Assembly (NCBI RefSeq): GCF_902652985.1
Contig: NC_047017.1
Span: 5,456,001-5,520,000, forward strand
Direction of reading: 5' to 3'
DNA length: 64,000 nucleotides
Origin: Pecten maximus
Lineage: Eukaryota
A model generated the notes under the pieces. The model was not told where the DNA came from, did no database searches, and saw nothing but the letters and a program-made list of their open reading frames with translations. Position numbers and translations under genes: made by a program. Within the stretch, counting starts at the first letter, position 1. The number at the start of each line of letters is the position of its first letter. Shown here piece by piece: positions 1-13,300 of this stretch.

Positions 1-39
1 CAGGACAAGGAAATAGCATTAGCATACTGAACTATAATA

Positions 40-425
40 GACATGGTAGGGCTTATTACCAGACATGGGCTTATTACCAGACATGGGCTTATTACCAGAC
101 ATGGACTTATTACCAGACATGGGCTTATTACCAGACATGGACTTATTACCAGACATGGGCTTATTACAAGACATGGACTTATTACCAGACATGGGCTTAA
201 TACCAGACATGGGCTTATTACCAGACATGGGCTTATTACCAGACATGGACATATTACCAGACATGGGCTTATTACCAGACATGGAGTTATTACCAGACAT
301 GGGCTTATTACCAGACATGGACTTATTACCAGACATGGGCTTATTACCAGGCATAGGACTTATTACCAGACATGGGCTTATAACCAGGCATAGGCTTATT
401 TATATAATACCAGACATGGGCTTAT
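40..425. repeat. 18-bp minisatellite (GGCTTATTACCAGACATG)n in ESF1 intron
   Basis: Tandem array visible directly; it explains the 6-aa-repeat ORFs at 19-454. Confidence 0.95.
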
Positions 426-523
426 CACTGAATATTCAAATTTCTTCAATCTGAAATAAGGTAAAACAACTTGTTCATATACCTGAAGATGTTATTTATA
501 GGTATTTCTACTCTCAAATATAC

Positions 524-3500
524 CTTAAATTCATCTTCAGGCTTTGCTTTATTTTTCAACAAATCCTTCTTCCTGAATTTCTTCTTTTTCTTTTTTGATG
601 TATTGTCCTCCACGAGGTCCTTGAGGTTGAAGTGACGGCGGTCATCCTCTTTCTCATCCATCATTAACAGGGAAAGCTCCGCCTTGAAAATAAACATGAA
701 TGTTTTATATTATCTTTAAATATCAAAACCTGGCCATCATTCAGGGGACTTTTATTACTGGAAATAGGTACTGACTTTTTCTGTTCCCATGAAAAATAAA
801 AGGCCCTCTCATAAAACAAGCATTCCTCCGGATCCCCTCCAACAAAATTGGACTTTATATATATATAGCAGTAAGTTCTCTCCTCATATTTGGAAATTTG
901 CCCATTTCTAACTTGCTTCGAAGAAAATATTACACGTTCCCTCCCCATTTTGAATAAGTCATCTCCAATCTCCCTAGGTACAGGAGAAATTTCTCCCAAA
1001 ATATTACACGTTTCCTCCGTATTGGAATAGGTCATCTCCTCTCTTCCTATGTACAGTAGACATTCCACCCAATATATTACACCTTCTGTCCCCATTGGAA
1101 TAAGTCCTCTCCCCTCTCTCTAGGTAGAGTAGACATTCCACCCAATATATTACACCTTCTGTCCCCATTGGAATAGGTCCTCTCCCCTCTCCCAATGTAC
1201 AGTAGACATTCCTCCCAATATATTACACCTATCGTCCCCATTGGAATAGGTTCTCTCCCCTCTCCCTAGGTAGAGTAGACATTCCTCCAAGAATATTACA
1301 CCTTCCCTCCCAATTGGAATAGGTCCTCTCCATTCTCCCAATATGTACAGTAGACATTCCACCCAATATATTACACCTTCCGTCCCCATTGGAATAGGTC
1401 CTCTCCCCTCTCCCTAGGTACAGTAGACATTCCTCCCTAAATATTACACATTCCCTCCGTAAAGATAATAATTTACCTCTTGTGTTGCTTTTTCCTTCTT
1501 TTCCTCCTCCGTTAATTTTTCTACAACCCTCTTTTTCTTTTTCTTCTTTCCTACAATATAAAGATGTTTAAAATTGCACATTTTTTTTTAAGTTCATGCT
1601 GTCAATTCACGTTTCAGTTTTATTAAGTTAAGGTGAAGATCTATTTAATGGACATAGTCAACTTATGCAATGCAATGCTAAATTACCCAGAATTTTTCTT
1701 ATGTTTTACTTCAGAAAAATCTATAACTTTTATGGAATAAAAGTATGTTTACTCTGGCAAAAAACCAACTCCAGTATGAAAATATATCAATATTACTGTC
1801 CATAACGGTCCATGAGTAATCACCGACACCTTCATACAAGTGAACAGAAAATGAAATTTGTATAAGATGTAATAAATTTATTTTTTGCAGTCAAATCTAC
1901 TAGCAGTTACACTGGATCTACTACCAGTCAGAAATATTGTTTCATTACTGTATACCTGGTAATTTTCGCCCCCGTTTAATTTTCACCCTTTGATGATAGG
2001 GTGAATTTAAGATGACAGCGAAAATTTCAAGATCAATTGCAGGATTTACAAGTTATACTATTCGGATTGTAGTTGGATCCAAAACATACCCTCGTACTTT
2101 TCAAGTGTGTTTTATTCTATACAATTACAGGCAATGCATGTTATATATTTACACTAAATTTACAAAATAATGTATTGCTTTTTATTCCAATCTATACATG
2201 TGAAATAAAATCTAGATCTAAATCTAGACCTAATATAATTATACAAACCTTTCTTAACTTTGGGGTCACCACCGAGCTCGTCAGTAAACTCCGACATATC
2301 AACCCCACCTGGTACATCATCGTCACTGAAAGCTGCCTCACCATCACCAAGGTCAGCCTCTCTGTCAATCTACAATGAACCGTATTCATATTTATACACA
2401 ATTACAACATCCATGGTACTCTTACATTTATGTAAGGTATTATTTTATGATATCAATTCAATGTTTTGTTTCCTTCCTGCATTAACATTTGCATTTGTTG
2501 GAAGGGCGTCATGTTCACAACAGTCAAGGTCATATGAGGAAGGGTGTCATGTTCACAACAGTCAAGGTCATATGAGGAAGGGTACCATGCTCATAACAGC
2601 CAAGGTCATACAGTCAAGGTCATATGAGGAAGGGTACCATGCTCACAACAGTCAAGGTCATATGAGGAAGGGCGTCATGTTCACAACAGTCAAGGTCATA
2701 TGAGGAAGGGTACCATGCTCACAACAGTCAAGGTCATATGATGAAGGGTATCATGCTCACAACAGCCAAGGTCATTAGAGGAAGGGTGTCGTGCTCACAA
2801 CAGCCAAGGTCATTAGAGGAAGGGTGTCGTGCTCACAACAGCCAAGGTCATTAGAGGAAGGGTGTCATGTTCACAACAGCCAAGGTCATATGAGGATGGG
2901 TATCATGCTCACAACAGTCAAGGTCATATGAGGATGGGTATTACGCTCACAACAGCCAAAGTTATATAAGGAAGGGTATCATACTCACAACAGCCAAAGC
3001 CATATGAGGAAGGGTTTGGTTTTGTTTGGTTTATTTTGTTTAACGTCCTATTAACGGCTAAGGTTATTTAAGGACGGCCTCCTGTACATGCGACATGCAT
3101 GCGTGTGGTGAGTGCGTATGTGAGTTTTGGGAGGCTGCGGTATGTTCGTTATTATGCTCACAACAGCCAAGGTCATATAAGGATGGGTATCATGGAGACA
3201 CCAGCATAATATCACAAATCAAAGAAAGAGGAAGCAGAAAGATCAGGTGTTGCAATGGGAAGAAACTCATCGATTCTGAAGGGGCCCCACTTTTTGTCAC
3301 CTTCTTCGGTCAACATTCAGTGGAATACAGAATGTCTTATTCTCTAGCTCTTCAATGTCCCCTTAACGGAAGACAACAGAGGATAATGGTTTTTGCAGCA
3401 TGACCCCTTAACTAGGCACCTCTTATGATATGTGGTGAGGTACAGCATGCATAGTCTTTCCTTCCTGCTGCTCAGTTTTCATTATAAACTCACTAACTGT

Positions 3501-5254
3501 TAATAATCACTGATTACCCTTAACACTATGCATGCTTCCTTTAATGTTAGGCTACACAAACTACTCCCCCATGGTACCTTGTTAGATTTCCCTTTTGTAT
3601 TGCTTTCTTCCTTTTCTCCTTTCGCCTGTAACTTTCTCTCCTCTCTTTTCTTCTGTTTTTTCTCCTTTTTCTTTATCAGATATTTCTCCCACGTTGTACT
3701 GTCTTTCTCTTCTTCCTTCTTTTTTAAGAGTTTCTCTGTCGTCAGCTTCAAACCTGTAAATAAACAAAAAGCAATTTCTAGTAAAACAGTATTTTCTGGG
3801 AGTATTTCTCTAATCTACTTCTATACGCACCAAATATTTATGGCATTTCTATTGGCTAGTCAAATGTAAATTTGTTTAAATAATAATAATAATGAATTTT
3901 GAGAGAGTGTAACAATTTAGATATTTTCCCTGTCTTTATGCAGTTTATCATTTCCAACCGCCAATTTCCTCTAACGAATCCCCCTCCAGATTATTATTCC
4001 TCTACCAGTGAAATCAGGGGGACTATAGGTTTCGTCTCTATCTATCTTGTACGTATGTACACGCCTCCAAAATTTGACATCACTCTAGTGGCTTCCTTGA
4101 GGGATTTTTATTAAACTTTACACAATGATAAAGACCATATCATCTCAGACTAAAGTTCGAGTTTCAGGGGTTTTGGGTTAAGGTCACTGTTACTATTTTT
4201 AGCAGGGGCTGGTAGGGGATACATATTGCTTTAGCAATACCCAGTATGCTTGTTCTCTCAAATGCAGCTAAATAGAAGTTGGAAATTTCCATATTTGGGA
4301 TTCTGGTAGTATAAATGACCTTATAGATGAGCCCCCTAGTTGACCTCTAACCTGGTTCCCATGTGACCTCCATCTCCACATCCTTATTCTCCTGTTCCTT
4401 CTCGGTTTCCTGAATGCTTTGTAACAGCCTCCGGTATTTGTCTATGTGTTTGTCTTCGTTATCTGATTCCTCAGACTGACCTTCTTCATCTGATGCACCC
4501 ACAAAGCTACCATAAGGATCTGGAAATAAAAACAATATATTTGTATCTTTTGTTTGGTTATAATTAGAGGATTTTATATGAAATTCATGTCATGAAACAA
4601 GCATTTCAGACATGACAGATTTTTAGTCACAAGTTCTATAAGTCTGAAATGAAATGAAAACAAGAGTAAGATTCTGTTTATCACATAACCAAGATATTTG
4701 TAAACATTTATGAAATACACAGAAACTGTGATATTGTGAGATAATAGTGATATATATATATATATATTTTTTTTTATGCAACACAAATTAAACGGTAGCA
4801 TGCAAACCAATCACAGCTCTGTCAAATGCTATACATATTAAAGGTGTCACAATTTAAGGCCTTAGTCCACTAAGACCTGTTATGTAATAGGTAATTATCT
4901 CCAATTTAAGACATATTTAAAAGAATTTAATTTCATTAATGACCGGATGAAGAAAATAAACTGCACATCATTGATACCGTTGTGTTCTTTAACATTCATC
5001 TCTGTTATAATACATTTTAAAGTACAGTTGCATTTTCACTCTTATTGGCCTACTTCAATTAGCTCTCAAAGCAACTGAACAACGTTTTATGACTAGGGAT
5101 GATCAATAATGAATAGGTACTTACTCTCGTCCTCATCCGAACTGGAAGCCAGATAGGCTTTAAAATCATCTTCTGTGGCGGTGTCCATCTTAGATGGAGC
5201 TCGCATGGTCACCTTGAGTCGGTCATGGTCAGTTTCATCCCAGGTCAGGTCCAC
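524..5254 (-). CDS. ESF1: ESF1 homologue (pre-rRNA processing, nucleolar), internal/C-terminal exons only
   Basis: Six phase-compatible GT-AG exons: 5254-5125 (VDLTWDETDHDRLKVTMRAPSKMDTATEDDFKAYLASSSDEDE), 4519-4352 (…IDKYRRLLQSIQETEKEQENKDVEMEVTWEPG), 3753-3578 (LKLTTEKLLKKKEEEKDSTTWEKYLIKKKEKK…), 2369-2249 (…FSDDDVPGGVDMSEF…), 1550-1477 and 682-524 (AELSLLMMDEKEDDRRHFNLKDLV…EDEFK). I recognise the LTWDET, AYLASSS, MEVTWEPG and ELSLLM motifs as ESF1. The N-terminal exons and the final exon(s) are not in the window. Confidence 0.9.
880..1460. repeat. ~73-bp minisatellite in ESF1 intron
   Basis: Recurring unit AATATATTACACCTTC…CCCCATTGGAATAGGTCCTCTCCCCTCTCCCTAGGTACAGTAGACATTCC, more degenerate toward the left end. 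Confidence 0.9.
2500..3195. repeat. 38-bp minisatellite interrupted by a SINE fragment
   Basis: Unit GAGGAAGGGTATCATGCTCACAACAGTCAAGGTCATAT. The array is broken at ~3015-3150 by a SINE-tail sequence, and one more unit follows. Confidence 0.9.
3015..3150 (-). mobile_element. SINE 3' fragment sharing the tail of the SINE at 22523
   Basis: Reverse complement contains CGTCCTTAAATAACCTTAGCCGTTAATAGGACGTTAAACAAAATAAACC, matching the tail at 22683-22730. The body upstream of the tail is different. Confidence 0.7.
3990..4254 (-). mobile_element. Degenerate Helentron/HINE-type non-autonomous element
   Basis: T-rich end, short hairpin and microsatellite-like stretch on the left; CTTGTT on the right (reverse complement of the AACAAG start at 21082). 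A related fragment lies at ~56340-56570 (shared ACCAGTGAAA, CTAGTGGCTTC, AAGGTCA motifs). Confidence 0.5.
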
Positions 5255-5289
5255 CTGTACACAGGAATACAATAGAATACATTATACTC

Positions 5290-6090
5290 TGTCTGCAGGA
5301 TCCATACCTGTTTGTTATAACCAAACTTGTCTAAAGGTACCACACCTGTCTATAGTAACCACACCTGTCTATAGTAACCACATCTGTCTAGTAACCACAC
5401 CTGTCTTTAGTAACCAAACCTGTCTATAGTAACCAAACCTGTCTATAGTAACCACACCTGTCTATAGTAACCAAACCTATCTATATTTACCATATCTGTC
5501 TATAGTAACCACACCTGTCTATAGTAACCACATCTGTCTAGTAACCAAACCTATCTATATTTACCATATCTGTCTATAGTAACCACACCTGTCTATAGTA
5601 ACCACATCTGTCTAGTAACCAAACCTATCTATATTTACCACATCTGTCTATAGTAACCACATCTGTCTATAGTAACCAAACCTGTCTATAGTAACCAAAC
5701 CTGTCTATAATAACCACACCTGTCTATAGTAACCACACCTGTCTATAGTAACCATGTCTGTCCACGGGGAAACAATAGAAAACAGCATAATCTGTCTGTA
5801 GTAACCAAACCTGTTTAAAGGTATCATACCTGTCTGTAGTAACCAAACCTATTTAAAGGTATCATACCTGTCTGTAGTAACCAAACCTATTTAAAGGTAT
5901 CATACCTGTCTGTAGTAACCAAACCTATTTCAAGGTATCATACCTGTCTGTAGTAACCAAACCTGTTTAAAGGCACATTACCTGTATATAGGGACCATGT
6001 CTGTTTACAGGAATACAACAGACTACAGCATACACTGTCTATAGTAACAATACCTGTCTATAGTAACCACACCTGTCTATAGTAACCAAA
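5290..6090. repeat. 19-bp/38-bp minisatellite (CCACACCTGTCTATAGTAA)n running from an ESF1 acceptor into the gap
   Basis: Tandem array visible directly. Higher-order copies of the acceptor-flanking sequence occur at ~5752 and ~5995. Confidence 0.9.
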
Positions 6091-6115
6091 NNNNNNNNNN
6101 NNNNNNNNNNNNNNN
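6091..6115. other. Assembly gap (25 N), flanked by a minisatellite and a poly-C run (~6138-6184)
   Basis: N run in the sequence. Confidence 0.99.
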
Positions 6116-6136
6116 AACGAAGTGTAGTGCTCTACC

Positions 6137-6186
<50 letters not shown>

Positions 6187-6599
6187 TCTCTCACCATATA
6201 ACTTAACTTCAGAAGTATAATATACATGTATTAAATCTATATTATAATGTACATTTTGTAGGTACATTTTACTACATTAATTATTTGTGGCATTGTAGTT
6301 GAATGATAATGCTGGGCTTAAATTCATACCCCCTTTTTACTGAGGTATTGAATACTGAAACAATGGAATAATCAATTTATATTACATACAATAAGAACTA
6401 GGCCTAAACATTTGGACAGGATCAAATGACAGTTCCCCAGTGTGCATGTGTCATTTAGTCAATTGATGTAGCATGTTTACCAAATATCATACATATCAAA
6501 ATACAACGTACAAAACAGATCCCTCCTTCGATTTGAAATAGGCTGTTTCTGGAGGTTTCAATCTCCAAATGCCTAATCAGAAACAATTTTAGTTTCTGA

Positions 6600-6930
6600 A
6601 CCATACACACGTGTTTCTACCGGAAGTAAATTTGTTTACGTAGTTTCTTCGTGTAAGCAGCGAATAATTAATAAACAAAATCATTATCAAGGTTTTGAAC
6701 ACTATTACTATCATTATATTAACGTACCAGTAATTACTAAATTATAGTAATTTCTTTAATTTTTTTTGTCAACCAGAAAATGTGAGTTACACATTGACAT
6801 CGATCCTGTTATTATTGCCAGCTTGCACTTCCGGAATGGATCGGATCGGACGATCGGGTGATCGCTCAAATGCAAATGACAGCCAGTCAGATTAAACATG
6901 ACAGGTTGATATACATTGCAGTATAGGTAA
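6600..6930. promoter_or_regulatory. Probable GCC1 promoter and non-coding first exon; possibly bidirectional with ESF1
   Basis: E-box CACGTG (~6608), ETS-type CCGGAAGT (6620-6627) and ACTTCCGG (6827-6834) in opposite orientations, local CpG enrichment, and a strong donor AG|GTAAGA at 6926/6927 ahead of the acceptor at 7324. Confidence 0.5.
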
Positions 6931-7326
6931 GATAAAATTTGTTTGATACATATACAATTTTAGTTGGTGACACCATAATCTAGTAATATTTTCACGTGCA
7001 GCGACATAATAATCTTTGCCGGGTTATGCAAGTCAAATTCGGTCGCATTTGTTTGCTCTGACAATTAGTCAATAGCGACTCGTGTGTTATGTAGACTTGT
7101 TGTACACACCGACTGCTTTTTTCTTTTAGCCTTAATCGTTTCTAGAGAAGAAAATAAATACGTTTTGTTGCTCTGACTGTCACGGATAATGTTAAATTTT
7201 TAACCATCCTATAAAAGAAGCCCATCTTGATTCACATAAAAATATCTTTTATGAGTATGACTAACTTCATTCACATGATATTATTTTAAACAACATGATT
7301 ATCGTCTTTTTAGTACTGATTCAGAC

Positions 7327-10300
7327 ATGGCCACGGAACGAACAGCAAGGGTGGACTTGGTTAAAACTATTGAAAGCCAGAAAGAGCAACTACAGCGATA
7401 TGAAAAAAGGCTCCGAGGTAAATTTCATGTCTGATACCATGTGATGTGTCAGAGTAAGCTGGGGTACATCACAATGGCAATAAGTTAGAACATCTGACTA
7501 GAATCTGGAGAACTTAGATTCAAGTCCTGTCCTAGCTTTATTGCATTTTCAGGGACCAAAATTAAAAGTGATCAAGATTAAAACTAGTTGTTTGACGTCG
7601 ACCCTTACCTGCTATTATGCATTTCTCTTGGAAGCTGAAACCCCAGACTATGTCGTTATGGTTCAGGGCACCACTCACCAGCTACTACAAGGCTACCCCA
7701 CCTCAAAATGACCCTGGCTGTTCACGGGGGATAAACCCAGCAAACAAACATTACAGCCATAAGACTCCACAAGACTCAAAGTAAACATATATAATTCCTG
7801 AAATATAGAAGGAAGTCACCAGCTACTACAAGGAGATTCAGCCTCAAGTAATGCAGTGTTCACTGAAACAGAAAGTTATTGTATTATCCATATCCTGAAA
7901 TCATGAGGCTATATCTTATCTCAAAAAGTATAATATTGTAACAGGACTCACTCTTTGGAAACATATTGTAGCCTATATGACAATATGGTTTGTAATATTG
8001 TGGGTTGTACATATTGTTATTTTAATACTGGTTAATATGAATTTGGTATAACACTATGATTTGTTACTATTTCAGATATGGTCCAGGCCTACAAAGGCTT
8101 ACTTAAGGAAAAGGAAGCATTAGATGCCAGCGTAAAAGGTCTTGTCAAAATCCAGTAAGGAAGAAAGGTCGCCTAGGCAACCTAACCGTCCACAAACAAC
8201 AGACGATGGCGGGGATTCCTCAGCAGCAGAAAGTGATACAGAGGGAAAGCAGTTTGATGACCCCTTACAGGTTAACAATATTCACAGATTTATCATAAAG
8301 TTTATCCCATAAAATTCTATCAATAAACATGAAATTGTTTCAATGTTCTTCAGACATTTTCCTGGAAAAAAGCATGAATAATTTTTCCTTTCGTTTACAA
8401 TGTCATCGTTTTGTCCCTTGCTTTGCCTATGGTCAGTTTGTGACCAGATGAGATGTCACTCTACAGTATCCAGGAGTGGCATTTCATTATTGGGACACTC
8501 TGTAAATAATAAATCATGCTGCAACATCGTTATAAGTTAACGTTGTTATTTAAATATTGGAAGAGATACATATAGCTTTCTCCCTTACAGCTTTAGTTAA
8601 ACTTTTGGATCTGTTTTTCAGTCAATACTGGTTTCAGGTTGCTGTTTTTTTTCCCGGTGTGTTGCATGCATGTGCTTTTAGGTCTAACACTTCACAACAT
8701 AAAAATTGTGAAAAAAGTGGCTCGTAAATTTCACAGAAACATTTGAATAACTTCGATTCTTACAGAAGACAAAATTCTACTAGCAGAAATTATATTTGGC
8801 AACACTTTGTGCATACCATTTCCATAAGTCAATGCAATTTTTTTTTGTTACCTTTAAAAACGTTTCCTAGTTTCAACTTTCAACTTTGAAGAACAGTGCG
8901 TAATAACCAGCTGACTCTAGTTTTGTTTCCATTTCTAAACTAAATTAAGTTTGAAACAATAGTCATCATTCACACTGTTGCTTGATAAAAACAGGTATAA
9001 ATTGAAACAGAAACAAATTCTATGAAAGGATTTTTTTCGTAACGATTATTCATGCATGCGATTCCAGTCAGCTGAATCTGAAGATACAGGCGAGCGAGAA
9101 GACCAGCTCCAGACACTGACGACCTCACTGATTACCCTCACACAAGAGAAGTCGAAGCTCGAGGCCAGTTACGTCAGCGACAAGAAACGACTCATAGTTA
9201 GTTTTAATTTGTATAAATTTTGTCTCTGTAAGATCTTTATTGGAAGAAAACTACCATTAGCTATTTTAGACACCTTGTGAACTTGGTTTAATGTGATAAT
9301 ACATATTTCACCAATAAAAATGTCTGCCAAAACAAACCTAAAATATATGAATCAGGGCTTTGTTCGCTGAAAGCAAATAAATGTTAAATGTGATTGTGCT
9401 AATTTCATTTTCTGTGCAATTTATTAATGTGGAGGTTTGTTTGGATGTTTTTGAGAAAAACAACAAATTATTTTGTGAATTTACTGTATATATATACACT
9501 GTACAACATAAAAAAGTCTATTGTGTATTAACTTTAAAAAACAACAAATATTGTTGTATGCATTATTGTTGGTATACCATTGTTGCATGGGCTAGCCATG
9601 AACATTTGTACCTATGATTATGAAATAGTTTGAAAGCTCCAAATCACAAAGAATATATAGTAACACACTAATTCATGTGATACATTATGAAGTTCTTGTA
9701 AATCTTTGATGCTCAAATTTTTCGTTTCACTGGTCTGTTGGACTAGCGGAGTAATGCACTTAAAATGGTGTGTCGAAATACAGTATTTGTATATATGAGT
9801 CTTGAAACAGTTTTGTCAACAATGGTCCCCTATCTATTTACAGCAAGAGAATGAAGATTTGTCTGGTAAACTGGAGGAACAGCAGAAGAAACACGAGGTG
9901 GAAATCAAGTCTTTAGAACAGGCGTCAAATGAGGTGAGGGCTTCTGTTATGTATCAAGTTTTCTTATATCTACAGGTCGAGTATTGTTTACATAGGTATA
10001 CAAATATAGATATTTTATACAAATCTGGTATATTTTATATATCTGTTTAGAGAGAGATATTTTATACAAATCTGGCATATTAAAAATTTGTATATCTGTT
10101 AAGAGAGTTTTGTACATAGAATCAATATTTTGCATAAAAAAGTGTTTAAGTATATGTACAGTATCATATTTATCCTATAGTAGGCCCTGGACTCTAACTT
10201 GTAGCTTTGACGTATTATTGAGGTGGGCTAAATGCATGAAACAATTTGTTTGTGCGGTAGGGTGGTAAGGCTCTTGCCTTTTATTAAGGCATGGATGTCA

Positions 10301-13300
10301 CCTGCTCTGGCCACGATGGTTTTCTCTGGGTACTTCGGTTCCCTCCCGCAGTAAGACCCCTCACAGGCTACTATCAAAGCCTACAGCAGTGATTTAAGTT
10401 GATATAACTTGTTTGGAAATTATTGTTTTAAGAGTTTGTTAGCAAATTCAGAAAACTGTTATTGACATAAGTTGATATATTACACAGTCATGACTCAATG
10501 GTAGATAAGTATGGTATGTCTTGTACCGATACATTGTGAATAATCAGAATCTTTCTATCTTCATAGTTAAAAAACCGGATCCGATCTCAGCAGGCTGAGA
10601 GGGAGAAGGAACAGAATGATCATGCCTCAATGCTGAGAGAACTACAACGTCTGCTCGCTGATGAACGCAACTCTAAAGAACAGTTAGAAAACCAGGTAAC
10701 TTGTATATGTATATAGCTGGCTAGAGCAGCTGGGGAGGACATCTTTAAACACTTTTTAGTACCTATCCCTTATTCAATTCAGATTATTTCACTCAAATCT
10801 CTTGTATCAGTTGAGGCTGAGTGATATTATAATCATTTCTGATAATCACTTTTTTACGAAAAGAGTTCATTTCAGTATTATATTTTCTGGTCATTTAGTC
10901 ATCACTTTGTGTGTATTTATTTGGTTCTTGGTGTATACTTTGTCAGAGTGCTATCTAGTTTACAGTTCATGTGTACCTTGTCATAGTTTTCTATGTACCT
11001 TGTCACTTTCTGTGTGTTTACAGTTCATATGGACCTTGTCATAGTTTGCTGTGTGGCTTGTCATCGGAACTTTATGTGTGCTTAATTTACAGTTCATGTG
11101 TACCTTGTCACAGTTTGCTGTGTCAGTTCATGTGTACCTTGTCACAGTTTGCGGTGTGCCTTGTCACTTTATGTGCTTAGTTTACAGTTCATGTGTACCT
11201 TGTCATAGTTTGCTGTGAGCCTTGTCATCAGAATTTTATGTGTACTTAGTTTAAAGTTCATATGTACCTTGTCATAGATCACTGTGTGCCTTTTCAGAAC
11301 TTCATGTGTGCTTAGTTTACAGTTCATGTGTACCTTGTCATAACTTGCTGTGTGCCTTGTCATCAAAATTTTATGTGTGCTTAGTTTACAGTTCATGTGT
11401 ACCTTGTCATAGTTTGCTGTATGCCTTGTCATCAGAACTTTATGTGTGCTTCGTCTGCAGATTATGTGTACCTTGTCATAGTTTCCCAGTAAAGATTTTA
11501 TGTTTTCCTAACTATGTGATTTGTTAACCAGCTGGAAGACACCACAGCTGCCCTGAGAGAGAAGGAGAAACTTGTACCCAATATGTCGGAGCACTATGAG
11601 ACAAGGATCCAGGATATGACCAAGGAGGTCAAGAATCTGCGCTCCAAACTCCATGACATGGAGGTCAAGGCCAAGGAACCCTCACCACTGGTCCTCAGTC
11701 TGCAGACAGAAGTCGCTGAACTCAAGGTCAGGATAACTGCTGCTTATAAATTAGAAAAGTTTAGTCTGGAGTTTGGATATTAAGTGAATATTGAAAATGT
11801 CATTGTTGATGTCTTTATTTAACAATCTGAAGAATCATCATTAAAGTATATTCAATCATAACTTTAGAGGCAGTCACAATTTTTACAGCAGAAAATGATG
11901 TCAAGATCAAATGATTGTCTTGGTAGTGAAAAAGCAGAAAATGATGTCAAGATCAAATGATTGTCTTGGTAGTGAAAAATGTGTCATTAAAGTCCGTGTT
12001 TTACTAGAGTTTATGTTTATCTTAAAATATAAAAATTCCTGTTAAAATTCAAATCAAATTCTCACAAATTACATGTTACATTGACATCCATGTATGACCT
12101 TATGTATCCATTTGTCTTGCTCAACTTGCCTGAAAAACAATGTTAGAAGGTATCCTTGTGAGAAATTCTGAAAGACATCAGATCGGTTTCAGAAGATACT
12201 CATTTCCATCCAGTAGAAATGCCATGATGATGATGTTGTGTTTTACTGATAGGCCCAGTACAGAGTGCAGGTACAGCAAGAACAACACAGGGTAATTGAG
12301 GCAGAAAGTAAACTCAAACAACTATCAGAGCAGAGTGAGAAAAGAGTGTCCACACTGGAAGCCAAGATCTCAGAACTTTCGGAAGTTGTCGGTGATTACG
12401 AGCGTCTCCGCTTCCAGGACCAGCAGACGACCCAGAAACTGAAGGATCGGCTGGTTCAGCTGGATATGGAGAACACTGTTCTTGCCAGAGCAGCACACTC
12501 CCCAGGGAAGGCCAAACTAGGCGATGACGAACAGGACCCGTCTAACCTAGATCCTCACGTGTTGGCTGATAAGCTGGTGACCTTGAAAGGGTTACTGAAA
12601 CTGGCCAATCAGAAAGCAGCGAATCCTGTCGCAATTGATGGTAGGTGAAAATATTTTGTATCGAATAGGTTCTTGAGCTGTGAGATAATGATCTGCGGAT
12701 AGGTCTTTGTTAGGCAATGATCCAAGGTTCATGATAAAATTTTAATTCAGCATGGATTCAATTAATTTGACTGAAGCAGGGTGTATTAGCTGCCAATAGA
12801 CTTTGAAATACAAAATTTAGTTTAATTATATGCTAATTCCTTTAAACCTCTTTAAATGCAACTTTGAATGTTAGAAGATCACTGTTAAATGATTCAGATG
12901 TTTAGATAGTTGAATGGATACAAAATTTTTTGAGGTTGTTAAAAATGTCTATGGTACTGTTTTCAGATCTGCTGCAAGATGATACGTCTGCAGAATCAAA
13001 TAAATACAAGGACGAGTTAGAGAAAGTGAAAGAAGAATTTGAACGATACAAACTTCGGGCACAGTCTGTACTCAAAAACAAAAGTACAAAGGTATGTGAT
13101 AATTACAATGCAATGGATAATTTCATGTATGTGTATGTCAACTTAAAGCATTTTGCTCTTTTAAGTACCTGGGTATTTGGATATTGTCTGATTATGAAAA
13201 AAAAAAACTATTATGAATTTAATTGTCTCTGGGTGGTTTGTTCATTTTGTGATTATTGTGTATACATTATATATATAATTATATCACCATTCCAGGATGT

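Noticed and set aside
19-454. Three overlapping repetitive ORFs (GLITRH, MGLLPD, MSGNKP repeats)
   Set aside because: By-product of an 18-bp minisatellite inside an ESF1 intron; no splice support.
10940-11490. GCC1 intron minisatellite as another junction-derived array
   Set aside because: It contains YAG motifs (TTTACAG, GTCATAG), but similarity to the flanking real junctions is too short to support that origin.
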